Of a stretch of DNA of 64,000 nucleotides, positions 33,702 to 64,000 are shown piece by piece. Source of the stretch: the human T2T-CHM13v2.0 reference genome, Homo sapiens. The DNA is taken from the NCBI RefSeq assembly GCF_009914755.1, contig NC_060943.1; one strand, given 5' to 3'. Both the position numbers and the translations under genes were made by a program. A model generated the notes under the pieces. It saw nothing but the letters and a program-made list of their open reading frames with translations, did not search any database and had not been told where the DNA came from. Each line of letters begins with the position of its first letter. The stretch's first letter is position 1.

Positions 33702-33830
33702 CAGTACCGTTAGGGTCCTGGGTCCCAAGCTGGCCGTGCCAAGTTCCTCAGCTGAAGTTGTGGCCAGGACCCAGTCTTGTTTCCCCTTTTCGTCACATGT
33801 GTGGGTGGAGGGAAATGCCAAACCACAGCA
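33702..33830 (-). other. IGFLR1: Probable non-coding first exon of IGFLR1 (5' limit approximate)
   Basis: Minus-strand donor CTG|gtaggg at 33702/33701; candidate acceptor TAGCAG at about 32535-32540 upstream of the ATG. Confidence 0.5.
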
Positions 33831-33863
33831 AAAGCAAGTTGATGCCGAAGTGAAACACGCAGC

Positions 33864-33869
33864 TTTATT
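33864..33869 (-). terminator. U2AF1L4 polyA signal AATAAA
   Basis: tttatt on the + strand, about 160 nt after the stop. Confidence 0.85.
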
Positions 33870-34030
33870 AAGACAGGGGCGGTAGAAGAAGGTCTCCATG
33901 CTGAACAGATTACATTATGGAGCCCGGGAGCCTGGGAAGGATGGGGCAGGAGAGTGAAGGGGGCTTTGAGGAGAGGTCCTGCCAGGAACATCTGTCCCTG
34001 TTGGGGGTGAAGGGTAAGGGGGCCAGGGCC

Positions 34031-36701
<2,671 letters not shown>

Positions 36702-37010
36702 TTTTACCCAAGCCCTCCAGGTCTGGCTGCTCTTACGTCACTTCCGTTGCTTAGGAGCACTGGGAAGTGTAGTTCGTTGCCCTCTCCAGGCGCTTACCAA
36801 GCGCTCGGAAACGCCCCAGGGCGCTTGCGCGTGGGAGGCGCGCGCCCTCCCCATAGACTCCCCGGTAGGAGTTCTTTTAACAGCGCATGCGTGCAGTGTT
36901 GCCTCGCCCAAAGAAGACTACAATCTCCAGGGAAACCTGGGGCGTCTCGCGCAAACGTCCATAACTGAAAGTAGCTAAGGCACCCCAGCCGGAGGAAGTG
37001 AGCTCTCCTG
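36702..37010. promoter_or_regulatory. Bidirectional CpG promoter U2AF1L4/PSENEN, including PSENEN non-coding exon 1 (donor at 37010)
   Basis: ETS-CRE TTACGTCACTTCCG 36733-36746; ZNF143-type TGGGAAGTGTAGT 36761-36773 and ACTACAATCTCC at about 36917; NRF1-like GCGCATGCG at about 36883; CTG|gtgagt donor. Confidence 0.88.
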
Positions 37011-37240
37011 GTGAGTTGGGGGTCGTTTCGCCCACCCTAGTAAATATAAAGAGCTCTTTAATCCAGCCAGCTTACTAGTGGGGGTGGGGATGCCCTGCTT
37101 TCAGCAAACCGACCTTTACATTTATCTCTGATTTGTTCTAATAGGGGCGTGGTTGTTCGTGATCCTTGCATCTGTTACTTAGGGTCAAGGCTTGGGTCTT
37201 GCCCCGCAGACCCTTGGGACGACCCGGCCCCAGCGCAGCT

Positions 37241-38157
37241 ATGAACCTGGAGCGAGTGTCCAATGAGGAGAAATTGAACCTGTGCCGGAAGTACTACCTG
37301 GGTAAGGCAGATCGCTACGGTCCCAGGAGAAGAGAGGGGACTGGACTAGAGCACCCGAGGGAAGAGGGCCTCGGGGCCTGGATTCTTAAGTCTAAGAGAT
37401 GAAGGACCTGCGAACGCCGACTCCTGGATTTGAGTGGGGAGGGCCTGGGTCCTGAGGAATGAGGAAGCTGGGGCCTCAATTTCTGGATCCCAAGAGAGGA
37501 GGGGGATTGAGGGCCTGGACTCTTGGGTCCTGTGAAAGAGATGGTTGAGGAATCAGATTCCTGGATCCCAAAGAGGAGCCAGATTCCTGAGTCCCTGACA
37601 ACAGAAATCTCCATTTGAACTTGGGTGTGGGAGAGTTTCTTCCAAATAGATCTGGGTGGGAGTTGGAGAAGATCTTCATTGCCTTATGAGGTTTTGGGGT
37701 TTGTTTGTTTGTTTTTCTTTCTCCCTAGGGGGGTTTGCTTTCCTGCCTTTTCTCTGGTTGGTCAACATCTTCTGGTTCTTCCGAGAGGCCTTCCTTGTCC
37801 CAGCCTACACAGAACAGAGCCAAATCAAAGGCTGTGAGTCTAGAGCACAGAGGAGGGAGGCCAGTGGCAGGGGAGAGGGGGAAGCGGGGAATCTTGGTGG
37901 GAAGGGACAATGGAGGATCCAAAATGTTGGGGCTCTGGGTGAGAAGGGAAGGCTGGTCTAGGGAAGTCTGGAGAGCAGCCGGAGGCCAACCCTTCCAGCT
38001 TCTGTTTCCCATGACAGATGTCTGGCGCTCAGCTGTGGGCTTCCTCTTCTGGGTGATAGTGCTCACCTCCTGGATCACCATCTTCCAGATCTACCGGCCC
38101 CGCTGGGGTGCCCTTGGGGACTACCTCTCCTTCACCATACCCCTGGGCACCCCCTGA
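37241..38157 (+). CDS. PSENEN: Gamma-secretase subunit PEN-2, 101 aa
   Basis: join(37241-37301,37729-37833,38018-38157)=306 nt; [38 protein letters not shown]...[12 protein letters not shown]. Confidence 0.98.
37320..37600. repeat. Degenerate MSR1-like minisatellite (about 36-38 bp units)
   Basis: Recurring gagg..gagggg..ggggcctggactc(c/t)tgggtc(c)tg units. Confidence 0.6.
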
Positions 38158-38292
38158 CAACTTCTGCACATACTGGGGCCCTGCTTATTCTCCCAGGACA
38201 GGCTCCTTAAAGCAGAGGAGCCTGTCCTGGGAGCCCCTTCTCAAACTCCTAAGACTTGTTTTCATGTCCCACGTTCTCTGCTGACATCCCCC

Positions 38293-38298
38293 AATAAA
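38293..38298 (+). terminator. PSENEN polyA signal AATAAA
   Basis: About 135 nt after the stop. Confidence 0.85.
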
Positions 38299-38524
38299 GG
38301 ACCCTAACTTTCGATACTGACTTCCTGGGATCTTTTAGAGGTTGAGGCATAAATGATTATTAATATTTAAAAACATCTGTTGAGAGCTTTGTACGAGGCT
38401 TAGTATTTAGACATGATGTACATTTTTTACAGTGCATACTACTCATAATCTTCTGAACTAGGAACTTTCCTGCTCAGGAAACTATTAGATGAGAAACTAA
38501 GAAAGGAATAGTGCTTCCATTTCT

Positions 38525-38606
38525 TTTTCTTTTTTCTTTTTTTTTTTTTTTTTGAGACAGAGTCTTGCTCTGTCAGCCAGGCTGGAGTGCAGTGGTAGGA
38601 TCGGCC
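38525..38606 (-). mobile_element. Severely 5'-truncated Alu with 16-bp TSD
   Basis: TAGTGCTTCCATTTCT at 38509-38524 and 38607-38622 flanks a T tail plus about 50 nt of Alu right arm. Confidence 0.85.
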
Positions 38607-38856
38607 TAGTGCTTCCATTTCTAGGGGCTGTTATCCTGTACTGGTAGTCGTGAATTCAAAAATATAACTTTCCTACTGTGGGCTGCAGTATTCTCATCAG
38701 AAGTGTAGATCACGATGCTACTTCCTGGGATTTATCTGGACCAAGACGTGTGACAAATGGAAGTTTCCCGTTTTCTGAAGGAAGTGTTGTCTGCAAAAAT
38801 AAAAATAGTCAAGAGCTTTCTCAGAGAATCCTTCCTTGACCATCCATCTTATTTAA

Positions 38857-39250
<394 letters not shown>

Positions 39251-39289
39251 AGATCATATTCTTTCTCCTATTACATTTCACTTAAAATT

Positions 39290-39432
39290 TACTTGTTTAC
39301 TGTTTATCTTCCCTCCTTTAAAAGATAAGCTCCATTAGCGCAGGGATTTTTGTCTATTCTGTTCCTCAAGGTGTCTCCAATGCCTAGAAGAGTGCCCGAC
39401 ACACTAATAAATATTTGCAAAATGAATGAAGT
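39290..39432 (+). mobile_element. L2 3' end
   Basis: taagctccat..cagggattttgtct..cctagaagagtgcc..aataaatatttg..aatgaatgaa. Confidence 0.75.
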
Positions 39433-39589
39433 TGTACCTGCAAAGAGATTAACAGATACCTGGCACCTAGCGAGTGCTCAGTGAGAGGGAACCCAACGTT
39501 ATTTTACATTAGTCTTCCTCTTAGGGATGAAGGGACCCCAACGGTTGGTTAAATCCGGTAAAGAGCTAACTTGGTGTTGCTCAACCCTT

Positions 39590-40033
39590 CTCACACTACA
39601 AGTCCCGGGAAGCCTCGCGATGCCCTAATCCTTTGTTTCCCACCGTGCCCCGCGCGGCGCAGGCGCTGTTACTCAGGGTGAGTCTGGGAAGCTGGAACTA
39701 CACCTCCCAGGAAGCTAGGGGGTAGATGGTTTGTTTCCGGAAGCAAAGCCCCAGGTGGGTGGGACCTAAAGCTGGGAGACTACGGAGGCAGCTCTCAATT
39801 GGTCAGGATGCGAGATTGACGGCTGCAATAACTAATAGGAACAAGCTACTGCCGAAGGGGCCCGCCCACAGAAGGGTGGTGGCCACGGTCCGGGCTGGAC
39901 ACAACCAAAGGCGGAGGACCCGTGGCCCACGAAGCTCATCTTTGAACTGTCCCCGCCTTCTCCCGCCTTGACTTGTGACCCTAGGCCCTTTGGGGCGCCT
40001 CTGACCCAGCTAGCCAGATCCCGGACCCAAACC
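39590..40033 (+). promoter_or_regulatory. LIN37 CpG promoter
   Basis: ACTACAAGTCCC at about 39595 and ACTACACCTCCC at about 39697 (ZNF143/THAP11-type), palindromic TTCCGGAA ETS site at about 39735, ATTGG at about 39798. Confidence 0.75.
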
Positions 40034-45787
<5,754 letters not shown>

Positions 45788-45809
45788 TGTTCCCAGGTCC
45801 CCCCACACC

Positions 45810-45815
45810 AGTAAA
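45810..45815 (+). terminator. Likely LIN37 polyA signal (variant AGTAAA)
   Basis: Only plus-strand signal-like hexamer I found between the LIN37 stop and the convergent HSPB6 end. Confidence 0.55.
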
Positions 45816-45897
45816 CATCCCCCAGCTCCACACTGGTGTCTGCTCCGGTCCCTCCTTCCTGGCCCAGGCACAAAGCAGTTGGCAGAGCTCTAGCACA

Positions 45898-45903
45898 TTT
45901 ATT
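45898..45903 (-). terminator. HSPB6 distal polyA signal AATAAA
   Basis: tttatt on the + strand. Confidence 0.8.
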
Positions 45904-46834
45904 GGGAGAGTAAGCCTGGGAAAGACTAAGGGAGTGGTGGCAGGGAGAAAGGCTGTGGGGAATCAGAGCGGGTGCTCAGTTGGGTCTTGAAGGAGAAGAG
46001 GAGGAGGGTGGGAGGTGGGTTGCCGAGGATATCTGGTTGAAGACTTGGGGGTCAAGACAAAGGGACTTAGGGGGATGGGGTCTGGTTAGAGTTGGGGAGG
46101 GGGCCTAGGACATCCGTGCAGAGTCTGGGGAGGTTGGGGTGGGAGAGTCTGTACAGTTTGGTGTTGGGTGTTCTAGTTGGCCTGGTGTCCAAGAGTTGGG
46201 GCAGTCGAAAAAGGGTTCCAGAGTCTGGTGTGGCTGGCTGGGGTTTCACGGCAGAAAATGGGCTGGAGGGGGCAGTTGTAGACTGTCTGGTTGCAGGGGA
46301 AGGATCGGGTCTTGGGAACCAGGCCTGGATGGTCTGGAGTGGGAGGTCTGTGCAGTCCAGGACGTTTGGGGGGTGGGGGGATTGTGCCTGACTGGCCTGG
46401 GGTTGGGGGAGGGCTGTCTACACCATAATTTGGTGTCAAAATAGGGAAGGGATGGAAATGTAGTACCCGGATGTCTTTGTAGAGGACTCAGAAGGAAGTA
46501 GAGGAGGGGTCTTAAGTGGGGCTATATGCCAAGAAAGTGGGTCGGTGGGGCTGAGACTGTCGGCTGAGGGTTAGGGTAGTGCTGGTAGGGTCTGGAAGCC
46601 GGGGAGTTGTCGGTGTGGGGTCGGAAAGCTGGAGGGGGTGTGAGAGCGAGGGTGTCAGTGGAAGGGTCTATGTTATCAAGGCAGTGTCCAGGATGGAGGT
46701 CAGGGCAGAATCCAGGAGTGGGTGAGAGGACAGTCCTTGGCGCACTCGGGACATCTGGCTGGGCGGAGTCAGATCGGCTTTAATAGAGGGAGCCTGAGGA
46801 GGCTCCCGGGGTGCGGGCGCGGCCCAGCCGCCTC

Positions 46835-48321
46835 CTACTTGGCTGCGGCTGGCGGTGGGGCCTGGGCCGACGCTGGTGCGGCCTGGATGGACAGGACGCC
46901 CTCGGGGGACAGCGCGGACGTCACGGCAGCCGGATCCACGCCAGGCGGCAGGCGGTAGCGACGGTGGAACTCGCGCGCGACGAATCCGTGCTCATCCTGG
47001 AGGGGAGGGAGGCTTGAGCGGCCCCGCCCCTCCGGCCCGGCGGCGAGCGTACCCGCTCCAGCCCCGCCCCACGCCGCGGCTCACCGGGCGCTCCTCGTGG
47101 CGCGCGTGCACCTCCACGTGTTCGCCCACCACCTTGACAGCAATTTCCTCCGGCGAGAAGTGCTTCACGTCTAGCAGCACCGAAAAGTGGCCGGGGTCCG
47201 TCGGCACCTGAGCGCAGCGGGCGCGGGCGGGACTGTCATTGGGCTGGGCCAGGCTCCAGGACCCACCCAGGGAGACCCCACCCCCGTCGGTTCCGTGCCG
47301 CGGCTCACTCTGGCCTCCGGAGTTGAGCAGTCAGCTCTCCTACTGGGAGTCACCCAGGACCTCTTCACCCTGAACAACAGGGATACGCCCTCCCCCTGTA
47401 ATATCTGGGATTGCCCTCTCCCCCGCAGTGATGAGGCTCCCTTCCCCTGCAAGGTCAGGAACCTCTGCCCTCCCCCGGTGTCAGCGAATCCGAAGTCATC
47501 GTGCCCCCCAGGGCACTGATTCCCCAGCTCCCTCCTCAGAGCCCCGGGTCCCTTCTCCGCCAGCCCCGCCAAACTCGCCAAGATGCCCCTTTCCCCGTCT
47601 CCAGGGTCCTCTGCCTACTCTCCCACTCGAGTCACGGGACCTCGGCAGCTACTGGTAGCCTTCCCCCACTTCAGAGTGGCCGGGAACCCTTCCTCAAGTC
47701 GCAGGGCCCTCTCCCCTCCTCTTCTGGAGATATCGGGCCACCGCACACAGTCTCTCAACTCTTCCCCGAGACTAAGAACATTCCTTCCCCTCAGGAGTCA
47801 CTGCCCGCCTCCTTTTCCCCAGATTTCCCGGATCACCAGCCTCCTTCAGAGTAAGCAAGACTCCCCTTAGAGTGACCCAGGCCTTCCATTCTCTGGAGAG
47901 CTGAGAGCCCCCCACCCCGCCCCCCACCTAAGAGCGACGGGGACCTCCCACCCGCTGCAGTGTGCGGGCCTCAGATTCCCATTGACTCCGGAAGCCCTTC
48001 GGAGCTGCGGACTCTCCACCCCGCCCAAGGCCAACGAACATTCTCTCACATGTTCCCACCCCAGGCTGCCCCAGACCCCTGGCAATGGAAGTGGTCGAGT
48101 TCACCCCTCCCCAGGCCTGGCACCTGGGCGACGGGCAGCGCCACGCTGGGTGCGCGCAGGTAGTAGGGGGCGAGCGTGGTGGGGCAGAGCGCAGCCAGCT
48201 CGGCCTCCAGCAGCCCCTCGCCGAAGCGCTGGTCAAAGAGGCGTCCGGGCGCCGAAAGTCCGGGCAACGGGGCCGAGGCGCGGCGCAGCCAAGACGGCTG
48301 CACAGGCACAGGGATCTCCAT
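46835..48321 (-). CDS. HSPB6: Small heat shock protein HSP20, 160 aa
   Basis: complement join(48124-48321,47085-47207,46835-46996)=483 nt; [18 protein letters not shown] (RRAS16 PKA/PKG site), RLFDQRFG, alpha-crystallin domain [29 protein letters not shown]. Confidence 0.98.
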
Positions 48322-48364
48322 CCTGCTCCTCCGCGTTGCAGTGCCCCTGCGTGCGCAGCCGCTC

Positions 48365-48490
48365 ATTTATAGTGCGCCCTGTGCCGGCCCCTCGGAGGGC
48401 TGCCCAGGGACACTGGGACCGTGGCCAGACCCGGCCATTAGGAGAGCCTTATTTAGAAACCCAAACAATGACTTGGCCATTTATTAAGCG
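48365..48490 (-). promoter_or_regulatory. HSPB6 TATA box and AT-rich CArG/MEF2-like elements
   Basis: TATAAAT at 48365-48371 (minus strand) about 45 nt upstream of the ATG; CCTTATTTAG at about 48447 and CCATTTATTA at about 48477. Confidence 0.7.
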
Positions 48491-49527
48491 CCTGCTGGAT
48501 GCCTGGCAAATGCTGTCAAGAAGGTGACATGAAGATTCCCCAATTTCCAGAAGAGGAAACTAAGGCTGAGGAGGGGGAGCCTTGCGGGTGTGGGGAGCAC
48601 AGCGTGGTGATTGGGGCCCAGGACCCAAGAGGCCCACGGAAGAGTTTCCAGTCCCTTTAATCCACTGCCTCCCCCCTGGCAGCTCTGAGGATGACGCAGA
48701 TGGAGGTCTTTAGGAGCAGATTCCTGGAGAATGCGGTAGCCCCGCCAGGATGTCAGGAGGACATAGAACAGGCCCTCCCTACCCTTATCCTCAGCCAGAC
48801 CTTGGGCCCAGTCCCCCGGCAGGCCGGGCCTAATTCTGTGCCTCTGACTCAGCCTCTGGTGCGCAGAGGCCAGGGGGCGCGAGCATGAACAGTTCAGGCT
48901 GGCCCCCCGGGGGCCGCGCGCTGGGGCTGGAAATAGCTCATTTTGATCCCGCTACCTCGGCCAGGAGCCCAGACCTGGCAACTGATGCAACCAGCTGCTC
49001 CTGCAGCAAGAAAGAAGTTAGATGACCGTTGGGACGGACTGATTGGCCCAACTGATGGAGGAATAGCGGTTAGAGAGGGGGCAGAGCGCGCCCCCCCCCA
49101 ACCCGCCCCACTGCCCCTGCAACAGAAAGAATGGTAGTTAGACCGGGGTCGGGACAGGACTTCTGCAGCAAGAAGGCGCTTAAAAAGCGGGACTTTTAAG
49201 CGAGGGTACTTTAGATCACCTCCTAACCGCAAGCCCAGCCTCAGATCCTTCCCATTGGTGCACGGTCTTGCCAATTACTGCTACACTCGGCAGGTTCTCC
49301 AATCAAACACGCCCTGTCGGGCAGGCAGTCGTCCCAGCCAATCCTGAAACACCTCCCTCCGGGTACTTCTGTTTCCTCTCTTTCATTGGTCGCCTTGGAG
49401 GCCGCTCGCCTCCGGCGCGGGCACAGAGAGGGGCGGGGCTGATAGGGCGTTGCTAAGCGACGGAGATGCGCGCGGGGCCTGTTGGGTGAAGGAGCAGAGC
49501 GGCCGGAAGCGCGGAGGGAGCCGCGGG

Positions 49528-59856
<10,329 letters not shown>

Positions 59857-60571
59857 ATTGTACAGATTCTATTTTACCCAGTGAGGCTCTTTTTTTTTTT
59901 TTCATACAGTTACTGGTTATCTGTGAGAAAGGGGTTGTTTGGAAAGGCCAAGGGGTCATGCCAATTTAAGGAAATGCCCCCCATCCTCCGCTGCCCCATG
60001 GCTCTGCCCTGCCCCCCACCCCTTCCTGACCACGGAAACAAGATCTCCTTTCTGGTTATATCTTCCTTGGGGCAGAGGGAGTTTCAGACAAGACTTCTGG
60101 CAAGACTGGGACCCACCTTATCTGGCTTCACTCAGGAGCCCTGGCTCAAATGGACCAAAGGACTGCCCTCCACGGAGGAAGCTACTAGGGTCATCAGAGT
60201 GTTGGATGATGGTCAGGCTATAGCCCACACATGCTTGAGCAGCAGCAGCATCTGGTGCAGCTGACCCCTCCCTCCTTGAAGCACTTTCTCTCCCTGCTTC
60301 CAGCCCTTCTCTCTGCACCTCTCTGGTCAGGCCTAGTCACTAGCCCAGCATGTCAACTTTGGCATGACCCAGGGCCATGGCGTTGACATCTCTATCTGCA
60401 CCCACCCATAGGTGCTCTTGTCTAGCTTAATGACTCTAAACCCCGTCTCTATTCTGATAATCCTCAAATTTCTGTCTGTAACCTAGACCTGGCCACGAAA
60501 CCTTGGGCTCCTACCTCATTACCATTTCTACCCAAGGGTTTAAAAGACATCTCAAATTCCATAGGTCCTAA

Positions 60572-64000
<3,429 letters not shown>

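Overview
Human (primate) genomic DNA, GC-rich and Alu-dense. I recognise it from the proteins as the chr19q13.12 cluster. Eight spliced protein-coding genes are packed into about 54 kb: ZBTB32(+), KMT2B/MLL2(+, 37 exons), IGFLR1(-), U2AF1L4(-), PSENEN(+), LIN37(+), HSPB6(-) and PROSER3(+). I rebuilt each CDS by hand from GT-AG junctions and all close in frame (487, 2715, 355, 220, 101, 246, 160 and about 724 aa). The rest is CpG-island promoters (several with ZNF143/THAP11-type ACTACAnnTCCC motifs), more than 35 Alu elements or fragments, and old MIR/L2/MLT1/MER5/L1 pieces. I found no tRNA, rRNA or CRISPR features and no convincing wholly new gene or system. Most long six-frame ORFs are Alu-derived or GC-rich shadows of real exons. 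The best leads are regulatory or isoform-level: a MIR-derived 5' exon, uORFs and a lymphoid motif cluster at ZBTB32; an in-frame alternative acceptor that would delete part of the KMT2B FxGF motif; an about 85%-identical 92-bp duplicate shared by KMT2B intron 30 and the PROSER3 3' region; tightly abutting gene ends with in-frame read-through options; an MSR1-like minisatellite in PSENEN; HSPB6 tandem polyA signals flanking a C-rich repeat; and a 21-bp coding VNTR plus an RFX X-box at PROSER3.
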